From a virus (taxonomy: Duplodnaviria; Caudoviricetes): 64,000 bases of DNA. The stretch lies in IMG/VR virus record IMGVR_UViG_3300046710_000151, positions 12,584-76,583 of that record; one strand, given 5' to 3'. Shown piece by piece: positions 46,297 to 56,523 of this stretch. Position numbers and translations under genes: made by a program. How positions within the stretch are numbered: position 1 is the stretch's first letter; each line of letters opens with the position of its first letter. The notes under the pieces are model-generated. The model saw only the letters and a list, made by a program, of their open reading frames with translations. It was not told the DNA's origin and did no database searches.

Positions 46297-47460
46297 TTAT
46301 CGATGCCACATCCCCATCACCTCGCGTATGAGCATATCGGCTCTGCTTCGGACCCACGGCGCATAATGCTGCTCGGTAGTCTTGATCGAACTGTGCCCCA
46401 AGAGCATCTGCACGGTTTCGAGCGACCGCCCGGCTTCCAACAGCCGCACGGCGAAGGTATCGCGGAATCGATGGGCGTGGATGTTAAAAACGCCGGAAAG
46501 CGTGGAGAGCGGGCACAGGTACGAAGAATAGAAGCCGTTGGCGATAGACCGCGCATCGGTCTGGTACCGGGAAGCGACGGGAGGAATGAACGCGCCAGCC
46601 TCGCTCAATCGCGGTGCCTGCCGGATGACTTCGGCTACATCGGGCGGCAAGGGGCACATCACCCACTCCCCGGTCTTGGTCTGGTAGGTCTCATAGACCG
46701 CCACGCCATGGCCGCCGAGCGTGAGCGTTCGGATCTTGCGCGGCTCAAACAGCACGGCATCGCTGGCGCGCAGGCCGGTCCATCGCAAGACCAGCAGCAG
46801 AGCACGGGCGGTTTCGGGATGGGCACTCCACAAGCCACCGAAATGCCGGCGGTTGCCAAACTGCTCAGCCGTGGCGAAGATCCTGGCTTCCTCTTCGATC
46901 GTGAACGGCAAGGTCGGCTCCCGGTTGTCACTGGGTTTCAGCAGTCCCGAGGCCGGATTGTCACCGATCCATTTCCGGGTAAGGCAGAATTTGAAGAAGG
47001 AACGTGCCAAGTCGATGCGGCTCCGGTGCGTCGTGCTGGCATAATCCCAGGTGCTCACCCACTTGTCCAGGAGTCCGAGATTCAATTCGGAGAGGTACTG
47101 GAGACCGGCATGGGCGCACCAGGCAGCGAGAGAGGCCGTCATGGCGCCGTGGACCTGGCGTACCGTGCGCGGCTGGCGCTTGGCGGCCAACAAGGCGTTT
47201 TTCCAGGCATCGAGGGCGCTGGCGATTTCAACGCGCGGGACTTCGGGCGTACCCAGTTCGATAGCGCGTTTCAGGTGCTCGGCAACCTGCCAGCTTGTGG
47301 TGTTCAGCGAATGCCGATGGTAGGCGCCGTGGGGATCGAGGCCGATCAACCAGACCGGGCAGCCGCAACGCCGATGTGTGCGGAGCTCGCCCGTGGTCAT
47401 GCCCTTGGCGCGCAGCTTCTTTTCGCAGATTCTAAGGTGACGGCAGTAGAGGGAGAGCAT
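46297..47460 (-). CDS. int: tyrosine integrase/recombinase
   Basis: TGLR.SDA, HRFRDTFA and LLGHSSIKTTEQHY catalytic motifs; N-terminal MLSLYCRH..C...RRCGCPVW arm. Confidence 0.9.
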   Translation of the reverse strand: MLSLYCRHLRICEKKLRAKGMTTGELRTHRRCGCPVWLIGLDPHGAYHRHSLNTTSWQVAEHLKRAIELGTPEVPRVEIASALDAWKNALLAAKRQPRTVRQVHGAMTASLAAWCAHAGLQYLSELNLGLLDKWVSTWDYASTTHRSRIDLARSFFKFCLTRKWIGDNPASGLLKPSDNREPTLPFTIEEEARIFATAEQFGNRRHFGGLWSAHPETARALLLVLRWTGLRASDAVLFEPRKIRTLTLGGHGVAVYETYQTKTGEWVMCPLPPDVAEVIRQAPRLSEAGAFIPPVASRYQTDARSIANGFYSSYLCPLSTLSGVFNIHAHRFRDTFAVRLLEAGRSLETVQMLLGHSSIKTTEQHYAPWVRSRADMLIREVMGMWHR

Positions 47461-47926
47461 GGGGATGATTAGGGCAATTAGCTTATGGCAGCCTTGGGCC
47501 ACTCTGTGGCTCTTGCGTAATCCGGATGAGAAAATCTACGAGACGCGGCACTGGTATACCGGGTACCGCGGTGAGTTGGTTGTACACGCGGCAAAGAAAA
47601 GCGATGGCGAGGTACGGGCGGCTCTGAGCGATCCGTACATGCTGGAGCGGCTTGCTGCGCATGACATCGAGCATGTCACAGATCTGGCCTTCGGCGCCCT
47701 GATTGGCCGGGTGCGCTTGGTCGGCTGTTGCCAGATGTCTCTGATTCCGGAACCTAGCGAGCGAGAGCGACTGGTAGGTTGCTGGGAGCCGGAGCGATAT
47801 GCCTGGGAGCGCGGGGCACTCACCACAATTTTTTCGCGGCCCATTCCATGGAAGGGCTCGCAGGGGTTCTTTGACGTACCAGCACTCACGGAAGGCGTGG
47901 CGGCAATAGAGGGAGAGCATCAGTGA
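47459..47926 (+). CDS. ASCH domain protein
   Basis: AISLWQPWA...K.YETR.W...YRG.LV.HA..K and P.KG.QG.F. Confidence 0.85.
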   Translation: MGMIRAISLWQPWATLWLLRNPDEKIYETRHWYTGYRGELVVHAAKKSDGEVRAALSDPYMLERLAAHDIEHVTDLAFGALIGRVRLVGCCQMSLIPEPSERERLVGCWEPERYAWERGALTTIFSRPIPWKGSQGFFDVPALTEGVAAIEGEHQ

Positions 47927-48495
47927 CGCCTCGTATGGATAGCCGTTTGATGCAAGCGCGTTTCACATTGGATGAAGCGCAGCGCGCTGGCGATGAATGG
48001 GGTCTGAACTGCGGTCCTGCGGCCATCGCTGCAATGACCGGCTTGACGCTGGAGCAAGTACGTCCGCACCTTGGAGACTTCGAGCGGAAGCGCTATACGA
48101 ATCCGACTTTGATGTGGGAGATTCTGCGCAGCATCGGCGTGCGCTGGCACTGCGGAGCCGCGCAGCATAGCAGTGAGAATCAGGGCATGTTGGCGTGGCC
48201 GGAATTTGGTCTGGCCCGTGTGCAGTGGGAGGGGCCATGGACTGCCCCTGGAGTTCCGATGCGCGTCCGGTATCGGCATACGCACTGGGTTGGGTCGATG
48301 AAGGTAGACGGCGAAGAGCAGAACATCTTCGACGTGAACTGCATGTGCGTTGGCGGCTGGGTGCCGCTGTCTGAATGGGCCGGCAGCGTCGTCCCCTGGA
48401 TTTTGGAGCAGTGCGAGCCGAAGGCCAGCGGCAGATGGCACCTGACGCATTCGGTCGAATTGGAAAAGTTTTGCGACATACCACATGAACAGTAA
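47923..48495 (+). CDS. conserved hypothetical protein
   Basis: NCGP.A.AA and THW motifs (papain-like Cys/His pattern possible). Confidence 0.55.
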   Translation: MTPRMDSRLMQARFTLDEAQRAGDEWGLNCGPAAIAAMTGLTLEQVRPHLGDFERKRYTNPTLMWEILRSIGVRWHCGAAQHSSENQGMLAWPEFGLARVQWEGPWTAPGVPMRVRYRHTHWVGSMKVDGEEQNIFDVNCMCVGGWVPLSEWAGSVVPWILEQCEPKASGRWHLTHSVELEKFCDIPHEQ

Positions 48496-48771
48496 CAGTC
48501 GGGCTACGAGGCGAAAACCGCAGGTTCGGTGTGCTTCCCCACGAGGCGATGGGATGGGGACTCCAGCGTGGTACCGCGCTGGCCGGAATGCTTCAGGCAT
48601 ACGGAGATTATGCTTAAGATCGTCAATTTGCGGCGGGCTATCGTACATCGGTGTAAATGGCTGTGAAAATAAGCACGCAGTACAGGCCGAAAGCAAGGGG
48701 CGGGATGGTGCGTTGCTGCATCCTGAACGTGGATTCCGCCCCTCGGTCTGCGCGGTTGTGGGAGAGTCCTT

Positions 48772-49098
48772 GTGACCCGAGTGGTGAATCGCCGCCGCGA
48801 ACCGTTCGACGTGTACATCGGCCGGCCCGGACCGTGGGGTAATCCCTTCAGCCATAAGCCAGGGACGTTGGCTCAATTCCAGGTGGCAAATCGCGCGGAG
48901 GCCATCGATCGGTTCCGCGAATGGTTTCTGGCCCAGCCGCAATTGGTAGAGCGTGCAAGGCACGAGCTGAAAGACAGGGTGCTCGGCTGCTGGTGCAAGC
49001 CGGCGACGTGTCACGGCGACGTGATCGCGGAGATCATCGACGGAACTGAAAAGCCCGCTCATGGTACGCAGGAATCGCTATTCGAGGTAACTACTTGA
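48772..49098 (+). CDS. DUF4326 protein
   Basis: VYIGRP..WGNPF and LGCWCKP..CHGDV. Confidence 0.85.
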   Translation: MTRVVNRRREPFDVYIGRPGPWGNPFSHKPGTLAQFQVANRAEAIDRFREWFLAQPQLVERARHELKDRVLGCWCKPATCHGDVIAEIIDGTEKPAHGTQESLFEVTT

Positions 49099-49264
49099 TA
49101 ACACTACCAATTGCCTCACCCATCGACATACGCATTATACCTACCTGCACTCCAGGGCCTCGTTTCGTTTCACAAAGAAACAGGGCAGCAGATGGGAATG
49201 AAGAGAAAAAGGGCACTAAAGCACGGGTCGGCGTACGCTCACAGCCCGTCAAAACGGAGGCTTC

Positions 49265-49510
49265 GTGAGCCTGTTCTCGGACCATATAAACAAAGTTGTC
49301 GCCGACCTCGGGCCACTCGCCTGCGATGAGGTGGCGAAAGCCCTGATCCGGGAGCGCGTCATGGAAGCGCGGCACATAGCGGAACGGATTCGCACGAAGG
49401 GGGGCCATCTTCCGGCGTTGGCGGCGATGGTCGATCAGTTGGAGGATCGGGCCAGCCACCTGGACAAGATTGCAAACAACTGGCCGGAGAAGACCGGAGC
49501 GAAACGATGA
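49265..49510 (+). CDS. hypothetical protein
   Basis: Coupled ORF. Confidence 0.45.
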   Translation: MSLFSDHINKVVADLGPLACDEVAKALIRERVMEARHIAERIRTKGGHLPALAAMVDQLEDRASHLDKIANNWPEKTGAKR

Positions 49511-49887
49511 AGACGCCAACGATGTCCATTCTTCGCCGCCTATTCCCGCAGGCCCCGGAGATCGGCAGCACTGCCATGATCTATCTCGGTGTGGGAAAGA
49601 CGGCCGGGAGGATTCACCACACGGTAGTGGCCGGCCCGGACGACATCGCCCGGCCGTGCGTCGTGCTTGGCTACACGATCCGCATTGGAGACAACGGACC
49701 AGCCAGGCAGGCTGGGGTCTTGGTGACGGTACGGTTACTGAATCGCTGCCGGCTGATACCAGACAAGATCCACATGGCATACGCGGATTGCCTTCAGGTG
49801 GCAAGCGATGAAGACGCCGCCCGAAACCATCCCTCGTGGCTGAAACTTCCAATTGGAAGGTTATCAGCCGCAAACAACGGAGCCTAA
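49507..49887 (+). CDS. hypothetical protein
   Basis: ATGA-coupled. Confidence 0.45.
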   Translation: MKTPTMSILRRLFPQAPEIGSTAMIYLGVGKTAGRIHHTVVAGPDDIARPCVVLGYTIRIGDNGPARQAGVLVTVRLLNRCRLIPDKIHMAYADCLQVASDEDAARNHPSWLKLPIGRLSAANNGA

Positions 49888-49893
49888 CACCTG

Positions 49894-50184
49894 ATGCCCG
49901 ATCCTAAAATCCGATTCACTCCCAAAGATCACCGCGAAGCGCGCAAGCTCGGCATCTCGCTCGAAGATCCGCTCGACGGGCACCAGCCCGCGGTCGAGCG
50001 CCTCTACAATACGCTGACGACCGCCTACCAGCGTCTCGACGATGAGTGCGCGCACGTTCACCGGGCGCACCGCGACGTGTGCCGGAAACTGGATGAGACG
50101 CGCGCCCAGGTCAGGTGGCTGATTTGCGTGCTAATTGTGCTGCTGGGGCTTGCGCTCGGCGAAGCATGGGTGATCGGCAGATGA
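49894..50184 (+). CDS. membrane-anchored coiled-coil protein
   Basis: C-terminal TM helix. Confidence 0.5.
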   Translation: MPDPKIRFTPKDHREARKLGISLEDPLDGHQPAVERLYNTLTTAYQRLDDECAHVHRAHRDVCRKLDETRAQVRWLICVLIVLLGLALGEAWVIGR

Positions 50185-51341
50185 GAGATCCAATCACAGC
50201 AATTGCGGCGACCGCCGCACGCCGGATCTGCGGCATGTTCGGGACGATGGATTACTACCGTGATGACATCGCGGCGCAGGTGGCTATGGCTGTTTCGGAG
50301 GGATTGCCTCGATTGCTAAGAGAGCAAACAGCAGGCAGCGCTTGCGGGTATCCAGCCGCACTGGAAGAGATGCGGAAGGACGGGGAGCGGCTGGCGCGGC
50401 TGACAACCTTACATCCTGCGGCGGATTGGCACGAGGATTTCGGAGCAGTGCTTTGGTGGCATCTGCCAATTTGTGAGCCCCCATCGGTCGGATGCGGCGA
50501 GGGGATGAACGAAACGGACCGGCACGGGAAGCCTACCTCATGCGCCCTAGGTCAGCGTTCCGGCTGGCTTACTCATTGGTCGAGGATTCCTATAGGTGGT
50601 GAGAAGGAAGGAGGTGATGCCCCGGTGCCAGAACGCAAACCTAGTGCAGAGGCGGCAGCGAGAGCCGAATGGGGTGATATGGTGCCAACCGAGCAGCAAG
50701 GTGCCGGGGCCTACGCGTTTCTCGCCGGTCGGGGTGCGCGCACCGACCTCAAGCGTCTGATCGACCATCCGCACCCTCGCGAAAGTCAGGAAGCGAACGA
50801 TTGGGAAGATGGATGGAAATCGAAGCACTACGAAATGCTGCGTCCTCCCACGACGCCAGAGAAGCAGCAAGGTGTCGGGGCTGTCGATCTCTCCAGCGAC
50901 CCCGACACGCCGCATTGGGTAGCGAGAGAGGAACTGATAGGCACGGCGCCAGTAGCGCAATTCATGGGCCTGCCATTCTCCACCTTTACTCAATTGGTCT
51001 GCCAACTCCGTGCCAATCTGGCAGCCGCCAACCAGCGCATTGAGGGATGGCAACTTGAAGCTGCGACGCTCCGCGCTGACCTGGAAGCCGCAGCCACCAG
51101 ACTGGCTGTCGTGAAAGCAGAGGCACTAATTGAGATCACGATGGCTAACCGGCGCGCGGAGAAGGCGGAGGCCTATCTACAGAAGGCGCTGTTGATGTTG
51201 GAACGGGCAGCAAAGGCGCTACGTTTTGCAAGCGAGCCAGAGGCGCGTATGGTTCACTTCTACGACATTGCAGCCGAGATTGATGACTTACGTGCCGCCG
51301 CCCTGCTGGCGAAGCACCCGGAGGCGAAGCGTGAAGGCTGA
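50181..51341 (+). CDS. mosaic phage early protein
   Basis: Contains WHED.G.VLWW..P..EPP motif and a C-terminal coiled coil. Confidence 0.55.
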   Translation: MRDPITAIAATAARRICGMFGTMDYYRDDIAAQVAMAVSEGLPRLLREQTAGSACGYPAALEEMRKDGERLARLTTLHPAADWHEDFGAVLWWHLPICEPPSVGCGEGMNETDRHGKPTSCALGQRSGWLTHWSRIPIGGEKEGGDAPVPERKPSAEAAARAEWGDMVPTEQQGAGAYAFLAGRGARTDLKRLIDHPHPRESQEANDWEDGWKSKHYEMLRPPTTPEKQQGVGAVDLSSDPDTPHWVAREELIGTAPVAQFMGLPFSTFTQLVCQLRANLAAANQRIEGWQLEAATLRADLEAAATRLAVVKAEALIEITMANRRAEKAEAYLQKALLMLERAAKALRFASEPEARMVHFYDIAAEIDDLRAAALLAKHPEAKREG

Positions 51342-52440
51342 AAAGGTCTACGGTGTTGCCGACAAGGCCTGGCAGTGCGTGGTGGGTTGCGACCCGCACA
51401 TGCAGTGCGCACCTCGCTGCTGGGCCCGCAAGACGGTAGCGCGCGTGGTGGCGTGTCAGAAGGCGGAACATCCGAAGCGCGCGGAGTTCTTTCGGGTCGC
51501 GCTGTCACCGGACGGTAAGCAGTGGAGCGGACAGACGTACCTCGACGAAGCGCATCTTTTGGACCCGCTGAGGTGGCGGAAACCGGCGGTGATCGCTACC
51601 GGCTTCCATGGGGACTGGGGGAGGCTGGCGGAAGTTGACCAGGACCGAATATTCCAGGTAATTGCGCTCTGCGAGCAACATGAGTTTATGCTGCTAACGA
51701 AGCAGCCGGAGAGCGTCCGTCTGTATTGCGAATTCCGCGCGCACAGGCAAGGGTACGTTGAGGGGAATCTGGCTTTACACCCCGGAACCGAATACCCCGC
51801 CAAGCCATTGCGGAATGTCACGATGGGCTGCTCGGTCATGAGCCAAGTCGAGGCCGACAAGCACCGCGAACCCATGGCCGCGCTCGCCACGCTGGGCTGG
51901 AAGACGCACGTCTGGTACGAACCAGCGATTGGGCCGGTGAATTGGAAGGGCTGGGAGTTCCTGACGCAATTGATTATGGGCGGAGAGAGCAACTGCGGTG
52001 GGCTCAAAGCCCGGTCTTGCGATCTGGCATGGTTGCGGGATTCCCTCGCATGGTGCCGAAAAATAGGCGTGGCGCCATTCGTGAAGCAGTTGGGAGCGCG
52101 GCCTATTGATTCGGAGCTTGGGGCTTCACCTGTTCCGCGCGAGAACGTCCAGATTGTCAAAGTCAAGCACCGTAAGGGCAGTGATCCTGAAGAGTGGCCG
52201 CGCGATCTCCGCGTGCGCCAGATGCCGGGGGCCTGCCGCGTGAGAATCCCCGGCACAAGCCGTAGAGGCGAGCCTGGATTGACCGAGGAATCCTTGGAGT
52301 GCTCGGAGTGCCCATGGACTGGCGAGGAAGGGACGGCGGTGTTTGTGGACGCTCCCGAGGATTCCTACTACAACTGCCCGGAATGTGGCGAGATGTGCGC
52401 CCATGTGCCGATGGATGAATTGCCGGGGGCCGACGCCTGA
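51331..52440 (+). CDS. DUF5131 (phage Gp37/Gp68) radical-SAM-like protein
   Basis: GC.....C..RCWA, LLTK.PE, EP.IGPV, I.GGES and FVKQLG; start GTG 51331. Confidence 0.85.
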   Translation: MKAEKVYGVADKAWQCVVGCDPHMQCAPRCWARKTVARVVACQKAEHPKRAEFFRVALSPDGKQWSGQTYLDEAHLLDPLRWRKPAVIATGFHGDWGRLAEVDQDRIFQVIALCEQHEFMLLTKQPESVRLYCEFRAHRQGYVEGNLALHPGTEYPAKPLRNVTMGCSVMSQVEADKHREPMAALATLGWKTHVWYEPAIGPVNWKGWEFLTQLIMGGESNCGGLKARSCDLAWLRDSLAWCRKIGVAPFVKQLGARPIDSELGASPVPRENVQIVKVKHRKGSDPEEWPRDLRVRQMPGACRVRIPGTSRRGEPGLTEESLECSECPWTGEEGTAVFVDAPEDSYYNCPECGEMCAHVPMDELPGADA

Positions 52441-52663
52441 TGAGGCAATGGATTTCAGGCGGGAGTGGCGCGTAAACGATGCCGGGCAGTTTGCTGAGGA
52501 TGTCAAAGTGGAACTTTGCCGCGAAGGCGAAGACGGCAGCACGCCGTTGACGCGGTTGCTGGACGCTATGTGTCTTGCCGCGATTGAGGCTGGCAGTGCT
52601 GGTATCAAGGTAGACGGTCGCATGCACCGGGATATCGAGAAAGCACATGGGGGAATCCGATGA
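52440..52663 (+). CDS. hypothetical protein
   Basis: Coupled ORF starting near MDEAMDF. Confidence 0.4.
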
Positions 52664-53091
52664 TTGACTTAGACGAATTGGAGCGGCTGGAGAAGGCGGC
52701 GACGCCAGGACCGTGGCGCACGGGGCCTATCAATTATGCCAACATCTATGCTCAGGACGGAGATTTGATCCTCCTGGCAATCAAGGATCGCCCGCGCACA
52801 GTAGAAGATGTGCAAATACTCATTACTGTTCGCAACGCCTTCCCGCACCTTCTCACCATCGCACGGGCGGCGGACGTGCTGGCGAATTGGTTTGCATGGT
52901 CGGCGGTAACTACGGATTGTGATGAGGCGCGCGTCTACCTTCAAGGGCTGATAGACCGCCTTCGCGCGGCGTTGGACCTCAGAGCCGCTGCTGCGCCCGG
53001 TCTTCCGTGCGACGGTAGCAGCGGCGGCGAAGAGCAAGCGGCCACGCGCACGGAACAGAATGGCTCGGCACCTTCTCAGGAATCTTTATGA
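52660..53091 (+). CDS. Ead/Ea22-like early protein (ATPGPW family)
   Basis: IDLDELERLEKAATPGPW; 3' end contains a hairpin repeat. Confidence 0.65.
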   Translation: MIDLDELERLEKAATPGPWRTGPINYANIYAQDGDLILLAIKDRPRTVEDVQILITVRNAFPHLLTIARAADVLANWFAWSAVTTDCDEARVYLQGLIDRLRAALDLRAAAAPGLPCDGSSGGEEQAATRTEQNGSAPSQESL

Positions 53092-53480
53092 TGGCCTTGT
53101 TACCAGAGCCCGTATCCCTAACCCCCATCCCATGGACTCGACGCGATGAAAGGGCTTATGAGCAAGCTCGACAGAGACTTCTGGATGAATGGGGAGCGGA
53201 ACTCCGCGAGCACCTGGCGCTCAATGAGCGAATCGAAGCCCCGCGAAGATCGGATCGCATCGGCCCCATGGAGCAGTTGGTCACCACGCTACTGCCCGCG
53301 CCATCGAGCAAGCAGAAGCGCTACGAGCCTCCACCACTGCACAGGTGCATGAACTGCCCCACGATGATCGACGGCCACTGGCAACGCTGTCCGGAATGCC
53401 GGAAGATGCGCAAGCGGGGGTTGCAACGGGAGAACCGTAGAGCGGCGGGTGGAAGAGCGGGTGCGCAAGCTCATGCCTAG
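53088..53480 (+). CDS. zinc-ribbon hypothetical protein
   Basis: CMNC...CPEC. Confidence 0.5.
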   Translation: MMALLPEPVSLTPIPWTRRDERAYEQARQRLLDEWGAELREHLALNERIEAPRRSDRIGPMEQLVTTLLPAPSSKQKRYEPPPLHRCMNCPTMIDGHWQRCPECRKMRKRGLQRENRRAAGGRAGAQAHA

Positions 53481-53564
53481 CCTCCAGCGCTCCCTCCGCT
53501 TCCCCGCGCCTGCGGGCTCATCCGCGCGCCCGTCACGTGCACCACGGACTGACATGCACACCAC

Positions 53565-53921
53565 ATGGAGGCTGGAATGTTGACCACGAACGTATCTACT
53601 ACAATTCTGGTTCGGTCAAAGGTCGGGCCGAGTCGCCTGCGGGAATTGGCGGAACGATTCCACGCAGACGCGATAGATCCTATCGAGTGCAAGTGTCTCA
53701 GATGTGGCTGCGAATGGGGAGATATTCTCACAACAGACTGGCGCACGGTCACCTGTTCGAACTGCTATTCCGAGCGGGTAATCATCACGATGGTACGGCT
53801 AGGATTCGAGGACTGGGGAGAGCAGAACGGTGGGGTCCAAGAGCAAAGCGCGAGATATGAGAACGCCAAAGATGCCGCCGCGAAGGCGATCACCGCGCTG
53901 GAACGGATCAAGGCGAAATGA
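53565..53921 (+). CDS. zinc-ribbon hypothetical protein
   Basis: CLRC...CSNC. Confidence 0.5.
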   Translation: MEAGMLTTNVSTTILVRSKVGPSRLRELAERFHADAIDPIECKCLRCGCEWGDILTTDWRTVTCSNCYSERVIITMVRLGFEDWGEQNGGVQEQSARYENAKDAAAKAITALERIKAK

Positions 53922-54133
53922 CAACCCTTCAGCGCTCCCTTTGCTTCCCCGCGCCTCCGGGATCATCCGCGCGCCCGTCACGTGCGCCACGCTCTGACCC
54001 GCATGCCGCACGCAACCGTGAAACCGCGGCGCTCATCCTGGCCGATCTGGAGCGGTACGGCGGAGAGGGGTCGCTGATGGTGAGATGGGCGCGGGCGGTT
54101 GCGGAACGAGGAGCAGAATGCCAGAGAAGGTGA
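53918..54133 (+). CDS. hypothetical protein with fragments repeated at 53473 and 56507
   Basis: ATGA-coupled. Confidence 0.55.
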   Translation: MTTLQRSLCFPAPPGSSARPSRAPRSDPHAARNRETAALILADLERYGGEGSLMVRWARAVAERGAECQRR

Positions 54134-54250
54134 CAAGCCATTCCAGGCGATTGAGCGGGGCGAATCGTACTCCGCCGCCGAATCGAACCGTCGCCGGGGA
54201 AGACCCGGCGCTCGATTCGGCTCTGAGGGAATTAAAAGGGAATTATATAG

Positions 54251-54490
54251 ATGACTACACGGATGGACTGGAAGCCGATCACGAAAAGAGCAATCGAGGC
54301 AGCCGAAAGGTTAGGCCACAAAATCGGAGTCTTCGAGGGGCGGAGAAGTACCCTGTCGGTCAAGACTGCGATGTGTGAAACCTGCTACGGCTGCTGCTGG
54401 ATAGGCTACAGCTCGTCGCGCGGATTCAGTGCTGGTGGACGGGTATTGGCCTACCGCTGTGGGACGAAAGAAGCCATGGGCGTTTTATGA
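54251..54490 (+). CDS. small Cys-containing protein
   Basis: C.TC.GCC. Confidence 0.45.
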   Translation: MTTRMDWKPITKRAIEAAERLGHKIGVFEGRRSTLSVKTAMCETCYGCCWIGYSSSRGFSAGGRVLAYRCGTKEAMGVL

Positions 54491-55293
54491 ATGTAGCCAA
54501 GTATATAATTCCCTTCGATTACGCATGTGGAGGTGGCCTGATGTTCCTTTGTCGCCCGTGTTTTGAAAATCGGATGGAGGACGCGGATACCGCGAGTCCG
54601 TTCCTCTACGTGTCCCGCGGCAGGTGCGAGGACTGCGGCGAGGTTGCGAATTGTGCCGATCCTCCGTCTTCGTGGCTGCCCATACCAAGCCCGAAGTTTC
54701 AGATACGCCAGAAGCAGGCGAGTCCTGAGAAGGTGACGGCCCCGCACGCACTCCAGGGTGAGCCGCCCGCTCCCCCCGCCGCTTCAACCGTCGCCGGTAA
54801 GACCGGCGCGGAAGCGGCTCAACCGTTATATGTGACAACAGCGCACCAAACAATCGAGGCGGCGTTGGGGGAATTACCGCACCGTCCCGGATGCGCTTCT
54901 ATCGTTTCCTGCCCTTGCACTTGCAGACGAAAGGAATCCACCGCGCTCGAAGCAATTTGGGGCGCCCTCGAAGCCGCCAGTGGGCGCGCTGTATATGCCG
55001 AATTACTGGCCAAGGATGCCACATTCGACGCAGACCGGTTGCGCTGTGCCGAATTCAAAGCAAGGAAGCGCGCGGAGGCCTTCCGTGAGGCGTTGGAGCC
55101 GTTCGCGGACTGGCGCTCGATCAGCGACATGAGCCGCCGTATCGCGGCTTTACTGGCGGTGCACCCTGACACCAGAGCCAGCGCAGCGCCGTCTTCGGCG
55201 ACGGTTGCGCAGGCGGCGGAGAACGCGCAGCCCGGTTCTCAGAGTGAGAACCCGCAAGCCTTCAAAGGAGAACAACAATGTGGCAATGGCTGA
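54487..55293 (+). CDS. hypothetical Cys-rich protein
   Basis: CRPC and CEDC motifs; ends in a hairpin repeat. Confidence 0.5.
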   Translation: MNVAKYIIPFDYACGGGLMFLCRPCFENRMEDADTASPFLYVSRGRCEDCGEVANCADPPSSWLPIPSPKFQIRQKQASPEKVTAPHALQGEPPAPPAASTVAGKTGAEAAQPLYVTTAHQTIEAALGELPHRPGCASIVSCPCTCRRKESTALEAIWGALEAASGRAVYAELLAKDATFDADRLRCAEFKARKRAEAFREALEPFADWRSISDMSRRIAALLAVHPDTRASAAPSSATVAQAAENAQPGSQSENPQAFKGEQQCGNG

Positions 55294-55475
55294 AATCCAT
55301 GTTTTGTAGTCACCCTAACCTGGAGTTTTCCAGAAACATCTACGGCGATGAAATCAACCAATGTGGAGGAAACCGCTCCATCTGGGTATGCCCCAGCTGC
55401 GGAGCCAAGGAGTATAGGCCTGATCCTCACTACCCGTCAGTACCTCTGGCTAAAAGTAGGGGAGCGAGAAGGTGA
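55278..55475 (+). CDS. small zinc-ribbon protein (prophage family)
   Basis: FC.H......NIYGDEIN..GG.RSIW.C..CG. Confidence 0.65.
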   Translation: MWQWLKSMFCSHPNLEFSRNIYGDEINQCGGNRSIWVCPSCGAKEYRPDPHYPSVPLAKSRGARR

Positions 55476-55813
55476 TGCCTGAGAAGGGTTCGAACCGTTC
55501 CGTACTGAAGAGCGGCGCCCGTGTTCCCCGCCGCCTGGGCCAACCGTCGCCGGATGCCGGAGCTGGCCCGGCTCTGAGGCGGGGTGCGCGCGTGCTCTAC
55601 CTCCCAGCATTCACCCAACAGGAGGCGGATTCGCTGGTCCAGGCTGGTTACGGACATGATACCCGCGAGGAAGCCGAGAAGCACCTCACGGGGATCAAGC
55701 TGCCGCCGACCGACCCGTTCTATGGAAACCAATATCACGTGTACCGATGCGTGGTGTACCCGAGGGTCGATTCCATTAAGGTCACCATGCGGCCACAAAG
55801 GAGGACGAGGTGA
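55472..55813 (+). CDS. hypothetical protein
   Basis: Coupled ORF. Confidence 0.45.
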   Translation: MMPEKGSNRSVLKSGARVPRRLGQPSPDAGAGPALRRGARVLYLPAFTQQEADSLVQAGYGHDTREEAEKHLTGIKLPPTDPFYGNQYHVYRCVVYPRVDSIKVTMRPQRRTR

Positions 55814-56523
55814 GCGTCAAGATAATGAATGCTGAGCAATTGCTGGTAGATGTTACCAATCACAAACTCACGGTTCGGCTGGACAGTGGGGTGTACCGTC
55901 ATCTTGTTTTTCGCCAACCGAGCAACTCCTGGAATATGTGGTTTGAAATCATCACGTGGCCAGGCAGTTTGACTATTCACGGCGACATGGGGACGTGGTC
56001 ATTCTCCCGAGTGAATGACATGTTCACGTTTTTTCGTTCAGGCCAACTAAGGATCAACGCATCCTACTGGTGCGAAAAGATCAGTAGCGAGAGCCGTTTT
56101 GGAGGCCCATCCGAGAAATTCAACGCCGACACGTTCAAGGTAAATGTGCTTTCCAGCCTGGACGGGTACGGGTTAAGTGACCAGCAGAAAGCGGACATCG
56201 TAGAAGCTTTGGAGGAAGAAGTATTCGGCGAGGAAGATGAATCAGCCGCACGACGGGCTCTTTCGGATTTCAAGCACGAAGATTTCACTTTTTCCGACTC
56301 GTGGGAGATCGGCGGCAAGGGCTATGCGTACCACTATCTGTGGTGCCTACACGCGATTGTTTGGGGGATTCAGCAGTACGATGCCAGAGCCGATGCCAGC
56401 GCCGGGTCTCCGGCGACGAATGGCATCGGCGGCGGGGAGCAAGATGGCACGGACACGGCCACGGAGGCTCGGAACCTTCTCAGGCCAACTCCAGTTGATG
56501 ATTTAGCGGAGAGGGGTCGCTGA
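55810..56523 (+). CDS. conserved phage protein
   Basis: F.IITWPG.L.I.GDMG.W.FSR..DMF.FFR...IN..YW.EK and HYLWC..AI.WGI..YD. Confidence 0.75.
   Translation: MSVKIMNAEQLLVDVTNHKLTVRLDSGVYRHLVFRQPSNSWNMWFEIITWPGSLTIHGDMGTWSFSRVNDMFTFFRSGQLRINASYWCEKISSESRFGGPSEKFNADTFKVNVLSSLDGYGLSDQQKADIVEALEEEVFGEEDESAARRALSDFKHEDFTFSDSWEIGGKGYAYHYLWCLHAIVWGIQQYDARADASAGSPATNGIGGGEQDGTDTATEARNLLRPTPVDDLAERGR

Noticed and set aside
46297-47460. Integron integrase (IntI)
   Set aside because: The IntI-specific insertion between the catalytic boxes is absent, and the hairpin repeats lack canonical RYYYAAC/GTTRRRY ends
46303-47472. 389-aa plus-strand ORF
   Set aside because: Antisense shadow of the integrase
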